A stretch of 64,000 nucleotides of DNA from an uncultured virus (IMG/VR IMGVR_UViG_3300042554_001444). Its lineage: Duplodnaviria; Heunggongvirae; Uroviricota; Caudoviricetes. Under the pieces are notes generated by a model. The model saw nothing but the letters and a program-made list of their open reading frames with translations. It did not search any database and was not told the origin of the DNA. Both the position numbers and the translations under genes were made by a program. Below, in pieces: positions 55,210-64,000 of the stretch (the first letter of the stretch is position 1; the number at the start of each line of letters is the position of its first letter). The DNA is taken from the IMG/VR virus record IMGVR_UViG_3300042554_001444; one strand, given 5' to 3'.

Positions 55210-56079
55210 ATGGCAAACCCCTTCTCAGGACTCGAAAACATCGGGCAGTCGTACCTCGCAGGCTTGCAGCTGGCACAGCAGCGCCAGGCCAGGGAGGAAG
55301 CAACAGCGCAGCGTGCTGAAGAGGCGCGGGTGCGTGATAGGTACTACCAGGATCTCGTTGAGCAGCGGCGGGAGGCAGCGGCGCTAACGGCGAAAAATCG
55401 CGAAGACACTCTCAAGGAAAAGTTTGGTGAGGGTCTAGTTTATGAAGCTGACGGCGTGACGATCGACTTGGTTAATTCAGCCAAGGGCGCCAAGAGCATC
55501 AAGGATCTGGACGCATTGGCGGCTGCCGCTGGCAAAGCCAGCATTCTCCAGCAGGCATCAGGCTTTGGCGACAAACTGGAGATTCCAGAAGAGCTAATGA
55601 AGCGGCCAGCGTTCAACCAGGGGCGCGCCGAAGGTCTTGTTTCGGTGTCTGAGACTCAGCTAAAAATGCCTAGCATCATGGCGTCGCAGGGGTGGGCACC
55701 CATTTCTGAGGACCTCGAATCTACCATTACAGGAACCGGGGCTAACGATTCAGAAATGCTCGCCGGGTTGGAGGCCGCTGGGAAGCCAGCTGAAAAGCGG
55801 AAAGCCTACCAAGGCAACGCGGACATGGACATTCGTACCGTCTTTGGGCAGCGGTACGGGAAGCCAAAGAAGGTTGTGGAGCAGAAGGCCCCAAAGACTG
55901 AGTACCCGGGCACGATGAAAATCCAAACCGATGAAGGCGACCTGACGGTTAAACTCACTCCGCAGCAGCTTGCGGAACGGCTTTCAAAGCTTGGAGCGCC
56001 TGCGGCTGCCGGCGCCACGAATGCCATTCCAGTCTTGAGAGTTGTCGGTGGAGCCGGTAACAGATCCATCCAGAAATAA
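55210..56079 (+). CDS. Internal virion/ejection protein
   Basis: Helical, Gln/Ala/Glu-rich; lies between pilot-like and giant genes. Confidence 0.6.
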   Translation: MANPFSGLENIGQSYLAGLQLAQQRQAREEATAQRAEEARVRDRYYQDLVEQRREAAALTAKNREDTLKEKFGEGLVYEADGVTIDLVNSAKGAKSIKDLDALAAAAGKASILQQASGFGDKLEIPEELMKRPAFNQGRAEGLVSVSETQLKMPSIMASQGWAPISEDLESTITGTGANDSEMLAGLEAAGKPAEKRKAYQGNADMDIRTVFGQRYGKPKKVVEQKAPKTEYPGTMKIQTDEGDLTVKLTPQQLAERLSKLGAPAAAGATNAIPVLRVVGGAGNRSIQK

Positions 56080-56085
56080 TCGACT

Positions 56086-59000
56086 ATGCCTAAGCTCGTT
56101 GACGTTGAAAATATCGGGTTGATTGAGGTGCCCGATGACATGGGCGAAAACGAGCTTCTTGAGTTCGTAGGTACACTGGATCAAGGCGCGCTACCCGCCG
56201 CTGGATCCGCGATGATGCGAGAAGGTGGCCGCATGGTTGGCGGCGCCATGATGGGGCTGACGCGTTTAGGTCTCGAAGAGCCCCCTCCGTTAATCAGCCC
56301 GTCCATGGCTGACAGTCCGGCCAAGATGGCAGCCTACGAGCGCAGGCAAGCCGCCTGGGAAAAGCGCGTCAAAGAAGTCACCCCAGAGCAAACCGTAGCC
56401 CGCGCCGCTGAACTTGAGGCCAGCCCGACATTCCAGATGGGCAAGGCGCTTCAAGAGGGCGCGGAAGAAGCGTTCCCGGTCAGCCCATTGCGTGAAGATG
56501 ATTACCTCACGCAGGTAGCAAGCGGGCTCGGTTCTTTGCCGGTGTCAGCGATGCCTGGCGGCATGATTGTGTACGGACTCAGCGCCGGCGAAAACGCAGC
56601 GCAAAAGACAGGTCGGTTTTACGACGCCAAGATCGCGCTTGCACTGGCTGAGGGAAATGCAGCTGAGGTGAATCGCCTGCAAGCTGAAAAAGCCGTCAAA
56701 CAATACCAGTCAACACTGTACACTGCACCGATTGGAGCGGTGACGGAACGGTTTGGAGCAGTGGCGGGATTGGGACGCGCAATTTCTGGCAAAGTTTCCA
56801 AAAGCATCATCAAAGAAGCAGCGCGAACGGCGGGCGCAGAAACTCTTCAGGAGGTTTCAGAAGAAGGGTTGGGAAATGTTGTTGCACAGAAGACTTACAA
56901 CCCGGACCAAAAGCTCACCGAGGGGGTGTTCGAGTCTGGGGCAGCTGGTTTTGGGGTTGGCGGTTTAGTGGGGTTGGTGGGAGGCAGGGTTGGACGCGTT
57001 GCTGAAAATCAACGTCTTGCACAAGAATTGAGCGCGCCTCTCTCGCAGGCTCAAATCAAAGAAATCCTGGCGCGCCAACGTGCTGGCGGGCCCGCAATCG
57101 GTGGCGACTTAGGACCCACCCTGAAAGAAATTATCGCCGCTCGCGCTGCCAATAACGCTGCCCTTGGTGGTGACCCTAACAACCCGCTCCCCAACACCAC
57201 CGCCACCCTCGCCGGCATTAACTCCGGCGGCGCACCGTCTGGGCCGATTAACATCACGCCGCCGCCTGTGACTGGTGGCGCTCCTGGGGAAGAAGCCAAG
57301 ATTCCAGACATGGATCTGGAGACGGATGTTGTTGATGAGGAGACTCCGGGAGTCCCATTGATTGACGTGGTCCGCTTGGACGATCTCCAGCGTAAAGCTT
57401 CTTCCGGCACCATTCAGACCGACGAGCTTGAAGAACTGCGCGGGATGCATAACCGGCTGGGGCTTTCTGAGCCGGTTGTTTCGGAAGCGCCTGTTGCTGC
57501 CACTGAAACTCCCACCGAGGTCCAGCCGCTGACGATCGAGGAGACGCAGGAGTACAACGCGGGCGTCGATCTCGGAACGGATTCCATGTCGGATGAGGAA
57601 CTGATTCGTTTCGAGGAACTCGCCGGCCGTGTTCGACAACTGGAGGATGCCGGGTTTGAGTTTGATGAAACGACTGGATGGGCTAAGCCCGGGGTGGCTG
57701 CGGTGGCGGCTGAGGTGCCGGCCGCGCCCACAGAAACGCCAGCTGCGCCACAGGAGGCGACTCCGTTCAAGGCGGCGCCTGATTTCCGATACACGATCAC
57801 GGAGGCTCCAAATTACGGATTAAGCCCGCTCTCATACGAAGACGCAGACTTCGACTTGGAGGCCCTTCAATTCCAAGCAGAGCGAGGTCGTCTAACCCCA
57901 GAAAGATTCGCCCAATCTGAAATCGGAAGGCGGATGGATAGCGGCCAGATGAGCGGTGTTAACAGCGGCTTAAAGGTAGATCCCGTTGGGACCATCAAAG
58001 CTTTGCGAGCCGCGCTGGTTCCTGCGCCGGCCGCGCCCGCTCCTGCGCCAGCACCCACCCCTCCAACACGCACCGCCGTACTAACCCCAGGTGCGGTTAC
58101 GGTAACTCAGACTCCGGCCAAACCCACCCCGGCACCCGCACCCGCCCCAGCACCCGCCGCAACCATTTCCGATGAAAACCAAGCTCTCCTCAAAAACATC
58201 GGCCTCGCCTCAAAGGTCAACGCAGACGGCACGATTTCACTCTCTGGCGGGACGTTCAGCTGGAAAGACGACATTAAAGCCGCTGGCGGAAAATACGACG
58301 GAATCGACCGCTCCTGGAAGATTTCTTCCGACGGGCTTGGGAAGTTCATCGAGCGAGCGCGACCTGCTGCAACAGCTGCTGGTGGACAGCCAGGTGGCCG
58401 ACCAGCTTACGTCGCCGATTCTGGCCTCCGAAAACTCCGGTCGGATGCTGACAAGCGGCCCGACCGAAGCGGACTTGATGGAGGTGTTGGGAACTATGTC
58501 GGTGAAGATACCCAACAGTTGATGCGCCAAGGGGAGGCTTTTGGCATCCCCAGCATCGTGATCGACGAACAGATCGAAGACGTGGCCCTGATGGTCCAGG
58601 CGTATCGCCAAGGGCGACCGCTCTTCATGCTCTCCAGCGCCCCGGGCACGGGCAAGACGTTCGTGTTGGGCGCGGCAATTCGAGAGCTTCGCCGCTCGGG
58701 CGCCAACAAGATTGTGTACGTGACACTCCGCAAGGAGCTTATCACCCAGATCAAGCAGGACCTGAAGGACTACGGAATCGGAGACGTAGAGTTCATCACC
58801 TACGCGGAGATGAAAGACCGCCCGGCCAAGGGGTCCGACGTGCTGATATTCGATGAAGCGCACGCGATCAAGAACCTGTCCGGGGAAGGTTCTGAGCAAG
58901 CCAAAAAGGCGCAGGAATGGATCAAGCAAACCAAGTTCCCGATCCTCTCTACTGCGACTCCGTTTGAAAACCCAGTCCAAGCCGCCTACCTAGCCGGCAC

Positions 59001-62000
59001 AGGGGTATTCGAGCCGTTTGGCGGGTTCCAAGACTTTGCTTTAGCCTACGGAGCGACAAAGGTGAAGAGCGGGGATGATACGATCCTTGTTTGGAAGCGG
59101 ACTAACACCAGTGACGCCGACCAAGTGGCGGCGCGCAACTTCTTCAAAAAGGAAGGTGTCTTCACGGCCCGCAAAACCCGCCTTCCTCCAAACCAAGTGG
59201 ATTCACGCTTGGTCAAGGTCAAGGCGAACGAGGAGTACATTAGAATCTACGAGGCGTTCGAGAACGCTGTCGAAGAGAACAAGAGCGCTCTGGCTGGATT
59301 TGCCAAAGCGTGGATTAAGAATTTCCAGAAGCGCATTCTGGAAGCGTCCAAAATCGACATCGCTATCAACGAAGCCAGCAACGCACTCAAGGCTGGGCGC
59401 TGGCCGATCATCTTTGTTGAGACCAAGGCGGAACGGAAGATCGACATCCCGAGGTTGCTTGATCTCGAAGATCAGTGGCGCCGAGAGGTGGACCTGGCGC
59501 GGCGAATGAATGAGCGCGGCCCAAGCCGAGCGCAATTTGGACTCCCACCGATGGGAATCACCGACGTACTGGCGTCGTTCATGGAAGAAACCGGAATATC
59601 GGTGATCGAGATTCCATCCGCTGAAGATACGGTCAAGGCGCGCTTCGGTGAGGACAACGTCGCGATTTTCACTGGCTCGGTCACGCCCGCGAAGGCTCAG
59701 AAGAACCTTGATCGTTGGCGTGGTCCAAGGCCGATGGTCCTGGTTGCCACGATGGCCAAGGGCGGCACCGGCCTGTCGCTGCACGACAAAGTTGGGGATC
59801 ACCAGACGACCCAGATCAACGTCAACCTGCCTTGGACCGCGACCCAAGTGGAGCAGGTTTCGTTGCGCTCCGCGCGGTACGGCCTCAAAGGCACCGCGCA
59901 GATGCAATGGCTGTTCGCTGACAATATCCCGTTTGATCGCGAACTGGCCCAACGTGTTGGCTCACGCATGGCCGACATGGGTGCGATTGTTCACGGCGAA
60001 CTGCCGACGACGGCCGCGAGCATCCAGAACTGGAACTTTGAAGATGATTCGTTCTCAGAGGCCAATGCTGACCAAGCCGACAAAAATGATCTGATTAAGC
60101 AGGAGCAGCCGCCTCCGGCTGTTCCTGCACCTGCACCCGAACCCACCGCACCGCCCGCACCCACTATCCGCCGGAAAGTCCGTGAGTGGGCGCCCAAGGG
60201 AGACATCCTGGACGACATAATCAACCTCGGCGGTGTCATGTCCAAGTCGCAGGCCAAGAAGGAAGGTCGGCTGGGGAAGATCCAAAGCCTCTACGACGAC
60301 GCGCCAAGACTCGATCCGTACTTCAACAAGATTTTTGCTGGCAGAAAGCGCGGCGAGGGAAGCCGAAACCAACCCGACGTACTCCTACAGGAGCTTGCCA
60401 TGAAGAACCCCGGCAAGTACGGGGACATGACGGTCGCGGAGTTTTGGGCCGAGATTGAGAAGGCGGCCCGCGGTCGCAAGGGAGACGTTGCCGCTGCCAA
60501 AGAAGAAGCCAAGGCCGCCGAGGAAGGTGCCGCCGAAGTTGAAGGTCTCGATGCGTTTTTGCAGGCGCAGGATGAAGCGTTCGTCGATGCCCAAACTGAT
60601 GGGATGCAACGCCTCGGCGAGCCTGACGGGCCTGTTGAGGTTTCCGTTGGAAGCCTAGCCATAGGTGACCGGTTCTTTGTTCAAGGGGAACTCTTTGAAG
60701 TTACCTCTGTCACGCCGGATGGTCAGTACACGATTCGAGATGGCGAGAAGTTTGGGGTTCAGCAGCTTACGGATGACGATACGATTTTCGTTGATCGCGA
60801 GCCCATTCGCGTAAGCCGAAGCACAGAGTTTTTGCCTCCCGAGACTGAAGCGCCACCCCAGACCCCGCGCTTGGGCGCCATGCAACAGCAAGGCGATTTG
60901 CTTTCTGGTCAATCTGAGGCATTCGCCTTAGTTGGCGAAAGGGGTGTTGATTACGAAAGGAAGCAGCGCGAAGCCCAAGCCGCCGCCCGCGCTGCCGCCG
61001 AAGCCAAGGCCGCCCAAGAGAAGGCGCAAACCCAGATGGATCTCGGCGCCGCCGCCGCCGAAGCCTCCGACGCGATCGCCCAGTTCGTCGAGTCGATCAC
61101 CCCCAAGGCCGGCATCACCGAAGGCCCGACGCCCGAGGAGTCTGCACGCCGGGTTCTCGAAGCCCTCACCAAGCTCGCTTCCGTCGCGATCCGCGCTGGC
61201 ATTCAGAACGCATCTCAGTGGGCGACCAGTCTGCGCCTGAAGCTCGGCCCGGCATTGCAGTACGCCTGGGACCGCGCTCAAGGATCAACAGTTGAGCCCA
61301 CGCCGGAGGTTATCGCTGACGTCTCCAGCCTGCCTGAGCGTGCGGCTACCGACTTCGGTATGATCTACAGCACGCCTGGCGATCCGGTGACTACCAAGCG
61401 TGGCGGGTTTGAAGATGTCGTGGCGGGGCGCCGGGCGCTCACTCCTGAAGTCCGTAATGCTGGATTCCAGCTGGCGGTCGATGCGTTCAATGAAGCGGGA
61501 GTGAAGTTCCGCCAGGTGGGAGACGCCCTATTTGCTCCCGTCGATGGAGTGGACCAAGAGGCGGCTGGACGGGAGTTGGTCCGTATCGCCAAGGACAAGA
61601 TCGCCAAGGCCAAAGCCGAAGGACGTAGCGATACCGTCGCAGAATTGATCAATTCGCTGCGGAACCATTTCGGAATCTCCGAGGCGTTCAGCCCCGAGAC
61701 CCGCGACGAACTCTACCTGATCGGTCAGTCTGAGGCGTCTGAGTTCGGCCGGAACCTGGCGAGCTTGAAAGCCTCGGTGAAGGACTTCGTGGCCCTAGCC
61801 CGCAACGTGCGCGGATTCCTGACATCGGCCATCTACGACAACTTCAATGGCGAGAGCGTCAAAGGTGTGCTCGATAAGATTATGACCGAGTTCCGGGGCC
61901 AGTTCACGGAAGCGGAGATCCAGAAGATCGTTGGCGAGAAACCGGATCTCCAGCAGATGTTGAATCGGTTTGGAATCTTGGCGCTGGCCGACACTGGCGG

Positions 62001-64000
62001 CCGCGTGTACCGGACTGTCCAGGCGCGCCTAACTACCAAGAAGCCGCCCACCCAGAAGGCGAAAGAACAACGCGCACTTGAGGATGAAGCCATCGAGCAG
62101 ATCATCGAGAACGCTTTAGCCCTCGGGATTACCGAGCCTCCCCAGCCTCCGAATCGAAAGCTCACTCCCGACGAGCGCCTCGCGCTGATGACCCGTCCGG
62201 CGACCCAAGCCAAGGTGCAAAAGGCCACCGAGGATGCAGTTAAGCAGGCCGAGTTTAACGCTGGATGGGCGGTTATGATGGCCAGCGCAGCCGGCAACGA
62301 GGAGCTTCGCGCTCAGTATCAGGAAGCCAAGGACGCTGGAGAAGAGCCCGATCCAGAGGCGATCGAGGAGGGTCTCGACCTCCCGAAGTACGCTCACTGG
62401 CGCACGATCCGCGACGGGTTCCTGAATTACTCGCCAACCACCCTGAAGCTCGTCCAAGACGTGATCCGCGGCCGGTTTAAGGGAACGCAGTTCGGGCCGA
62501 AGAAAGCCGCTCCTCCGGCGCCCGCCAAGATCGACCTGGTGCGCTTGGTTCAACAACCAAACGCTGAGATGAGCCGTGTGATCGGCGAGCAGTTGTCCGC
62601 CATCGAGCGTGTCATAAACCTAGCCGGCGCGTCCCCCGAGGCCAAGGCCCGAGTGATGCAGATGGTAACCGCAAATGTGGGTTCTCAGATCCAGCTGGCC
62701 CGCCAGCGTGTGCTGAATAACTTCTTGGACGTGAAGGTCAAGACGGGACCCACGACCGCAAGCGACCGCCTCCAGCGGCTGATTAACGCTGGCATCACCG
62801 AGGACCCGCGCTACCGGTCCCAAAAGACCCGTGACCTCTTGAAGCGCGTTGCCAAGACCTACCTGACAGCCGATGAGCTTTTTGGCATGGCGACCAGGAC
62901 ACGGGCCGAGAAGCTCGCGTTCCTTACCGGCAAACTCAACCAGATCACCGCAGCCGAGAAGTTGACTGATGAGTGGATGCAGGGTGCCGTCTGGACCTAT
63001 CTCACCGAGCGGATGATGGAAGCTGAGAACGCAGCGGTATCCCAGATCGTGGGTGCCAAGGACGTGAGCTTCGACCCAGCCCAGCCGAAGACCGACGCGC
63101 AGCTGGCGGCCGACCGGGCCAAGGCTGTCGATCGCCTCGCCGGAGGTATCCGCGCCGGCCTGCTGGACCAGCGCATCGTGGAAAGTATCGCCAAGAATCC
63201 CGCGTTGCAGCGGCTGGTTCCTAAGATGGGCGACCTGGTGAAGCGGGTTCTCAATACCCCGCAGGGTGGCCAGGCAAAACTGGCTCAAGCGTTCTCCGAA
63301 GCGTTGCTGTCGGAACTGGCGATCGACCAGGCGCTGGCCGACAAGACGGGCCTTGCGCTGGCCAAAGCGTTCGAGGCGAAGTTTGAACGGGCGCGCATCC
63401 GTGCGCTTGATCTTGCGGTCCAGAAGCTCACACCGAAGCAGCGCGAGGAGGCTGGTCCGGGGCGCCCGCTGTGGCAGAAGATCGAGGAATTCGTGAACGC
63501 AGGTGGCATGAACTCGGCGGTGCTCCTGCAAAGCATTGCGAAGAAGGCTGGATGGAAGGTGCCTACCGATGAGGAGGTTTCACGCCTCCGAGACCTGGCG
63601 CGCCTGGAACAGGAACTCAGCACGGCCACCGAAGAGGAAATCAGCAAAGGTATCACGGACGACATCAAGGCCGCGAAGAACCTTGGAAGGCGGGCAGACA
63701 TTATGCGCGAGATCCAGATGCGCTGGGCGCGTATGACCATGCCGATCCGTGGCAACAAGCAGAACCTGGCGCGAGCGATCAATGAGGTGACTTCGGCACA
63801 ACTGCTGTTCAAACCGAGCTTCGTTACCAAGCAGCTGATCGACGTGGCTACCCAGATGTTCTACTACACGCCGACGCGTGCAGTAGCGACGGCCGTAGAG
63901 CGATACCGCACCAGTCGCGATCCAAACCGCGCAAGCCGACTGTGGAAGGATACCAGTGCTGCGCTCGAAGACGCCTACAAGGCGCGCTTCAATGCGCTCA
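56086..64000 (+). CDS. Giant (>2630 aa, 3'-truncated) internal virion polyvalent protein with Strawberry-notch-type SF2 helicase
   Basis: Frame open from ATG 56086 to window end (absent from track); APGTGKT, IFDEAH, TATP, KGGTGLSLHD and LPWTA...EQ...RSAR motifs at ~58.6-59.9 kb. Confidence 0.88.
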   Translation, partial: MPKLVDVENIGLIEVPDDMGENELLEFVGTLDQGALPAAGSAMMREGGRMVGGAMMGLTRLGLEEPPPLISPSMADSPAKMAAYERRQAAWEKRVKEVTPEQTVARAAELEASPTFQMGKALQEGAEEAFPVSPLREDDYLTQVASGLGSLPVSAMPGGMIVYGLSAGENAAQKTGRFYDAKIALALAEGNAAEVNRLQAEKAVKQYQSTLYTAPIGAVTERFGAVAGLGRAISGKVSKSIIKEAARTAGAETLQEVSEEGLGNVVAQKTYNPDQKLTEGVFESGAAGFGVGGLVGLVGGRVGRVAENQRLAQELSAPLSQAQIKEILARQRAGGPAIGGDLGPTLKEIIAARAANNAALGGDPNNPLPNTTATLAGINSGGAPSGPINITPPPVTGGAPGEEAKIPDMDLETDVVDEETPGVPLIDVVRLDDLQRKASSGTIQTDELEELRGMHNRLGLSEPVVSEAPVAATETPTEVQPLTIEETQEYNAGVDLGTDSMSDEELIRFEELAGRVRQLEDAGFEFDETTGWAKPGVAAVAAEVPAAPTETPAAPQEATPFKAAPDFRYTITEAPNYGLSPLSYEDADFDLEALQFQAERGRLTPERFAQSEIGRRMDSGQMSGVNSGLKVDPVGTIKALRAALVPAPAAPAPAPAPTPPTRTAVLTPGAVTVTQTPAKPTPAPAPAPAPAATISDENQALLKNIGLASKVNADGTISLSGGTFSWKDDIKAAGGKYDGIDRSWKISSDGLGKFIERARPAATAAGGQPGGRPAYVADSGLRKLRSDADKRPDRSGLDGGVGNYVGEDTQQLMRQGEAFGIPSIVIDEQIEDVALMVQAYRQGRPLFMLSSAPGTGKTFVLGAAIRELRRSGANKIVYVTLRKELITQIKQDLKDYGIGDVEFITYAEMKDRPAKGSDVLIFDEAHAIKNLSGEGSEQAKKAQEWIKQTKFPILSTATPFENPVQAAYLAGTGVFEPFGGFQDFALAYGATKVKSGDDTILVWKRTNTSDADQVAARNFFKKEGVFTARKTRLPPNQVDSRLVKVKANEEYIRIYEAFENAVEENKSALAGFAKAWIKNFQKRILEASKIDIAINEASNALKAGRWPIIFVETKAERKIDIPRLLDLEDQWRREVDLARRMNERGPSRAQFGLPPMGITDVLASFMEETGISVIEIPSAEDTVKARFGEDNVAIFTGSVTPAKAQKNLDRWRGPRPMVLVATMAKGGTGLSLHDKVGDHQTTQINVNLPWTATQVEQVSLRSARYGLKGTAQMQWLFADNIPFDRELAQRVGSRMADMGAIVHGELPTTAASIQNWNFEDDSFSEANADQADKNDLIKQEQPPPAVPAPAPEPTAPPAPTIRRKVREWAPKGDILDDIINLGGVMSKSQAKKEGRLGKIQSLYDDAPRLDPYFNKIFAGRKRGEGSRNQPDVLLQELAMKNPGKYGDMTVAEFWAEIEKAARGRKGDVAAAKEEAKAAEEGAAEVEGLDAFLQAQDEAFVDAQTDGMQRLGEPDGPVEVSVGSLAIGDRFFVQGELFEVTSVTPDGQYTIRDGEKFGVQQLTDDDTIFVDREPIRVSRSTEFLPPETEAPPQTPRLGAMQQQGDLLSGQSEAFALVGERGVDYERKQREAQAAARAAAEAKAAQEKAQTQMDLGAAAAEASDAIAQFVESITPKAGITEGPTPEESARRVLEALTKLASVAIRAGIQNASQWATSLRLKLGPALQYAWDRAQGSTVEPTPEVIADVSSLPERAATDFGMIYSTPGDPVTTKRGGFEDVVAGRRALTPEVRNAGFQLAVDAFNEAGVKFRQVGDALFAPVDGVDQEAAGRELVRIAKDKIAKAKAEGRSDTVAELINSLRNHFGISEAFSPETRDELYLIGQSEASEFGRNLASLKASVKDFVALARNVRGFLTSAIYDNFNGESVKGVLDKIMTEFRGQFTEAEIQKIVGEKPDLQQMLNRFGILALADTGGRVYRTVQARLTTKKPPTQKAKEQRALEDEAIEQIIENALALGITEPPQPPNRKLTPDERLALMTRPATQAKVQKATEDAVKQAEFNAGWAVMMASAAGNEELRAQYQEAKDAGEEPDPEAIEEGLDLPKYAHWRTIRDGFLNYSPTTLKLVQDVIRGRFKGTQFGPKKAAPPAPAKIDLVRLVQQPNAEMSRVIGEQLSAIERVINLAGASPEAKARVMQMVTANVGSQIQLARQRVLNNFLDVKVKTGPTTASDRLQRLINAGITEDPRYRSQKTRDLLKRVAKTYLTADELFGMATRTRAEKLAFLTGKLNQITAAEKLTDEWMQGAVWTYLTERMMEAENAAVSQIVGAKDVSFDPAQPKTDAQLAADRAKAVDRLAGGIRAGLLDQRIVESIAKNPALQRLVPKMGDLVKRVLNTPQGGQAKLAQAFSEALLSELAIDQALADKTGLALAKAFEAKFERARIRALDLAVQKLTPKQREEAGPGRPLWQKIEEFVNAGGMNSAVLLQSIAKKAGWKVPTDEEVSRLRDLARLEQELSTATEEEISKGITDDIKAAKNLGRRADIMREIQMRWARMTMPIRGNKQNLARAINEVTSAQLLFKPSFVTKQLIDVATQMFYYTPTRAVATAVERYRTSRDPNRASRLWKDTSAALEDAYKARFNAL

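Larger units (their letters stand above)
37767..64000. mobile_element. Phage B: partial podovirus-like genome
   Basis: Second terminase, portal and SSB unrelated to those of phage A; tail tubular, spike and ejection-protein genes; no tape measure; left boundary uncertain. Confidence 0.8.

Noticed and set aside
1..64000. tRNA or rRNA genes
   Set aside because: Intergenic gaps are short and none showed a cloverleaf or T-loop consensus by eye; tRNAscan-SE would confirm

Overview
The window holds two unrelated tailed-phage genomes joined end to end, with no host DNA evident. Phage A (1-37639, all genes on the + strand) is an apparently complete, circularisable ~37.6 kb siphovirus. It has a lambda-type TerS/TerL(gpA), portal, ClpP protease and capsid; a tail tube, tape measure and GTA-like tail tip; recombination genes; and an O-like initiator with a DnaC-like loader. 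No integrase or repressor was recognised. Phage B (~37.8 kb to beyond 64000) is a partial podovirus-like genome. Scaffold, portal, SSB and terminase lie on the - strand; tail tubular proteins, a beta-helix spike, ejection proteins and a >2600-aa virion protein with a Strawberry-notch-type SF2 helicase lie on the + strand (that last ORF is missing from the supplied track). Bases 1-127 exactly match 37640-37766 and diverge at base 128, the signature of a k=127 assembly-graph branch, so the A/B join is probably an assembly chimera. The join passes through a LamG fibre gene that both phages share, each with a different central sugar-binding-like domain. Other notable signals: an array of small genes built on shared 24-bp junction repeats; an 18-bp palindrome in the spacer of two promoters next to a tiny DNA-binding ORF; a C4-like antisense RNA before the replication genes; an in-frame amber codon splitting the tail-tip gene; and SD-less CCATG starts. 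All product calls come from motif recognition by eye, not database searches.
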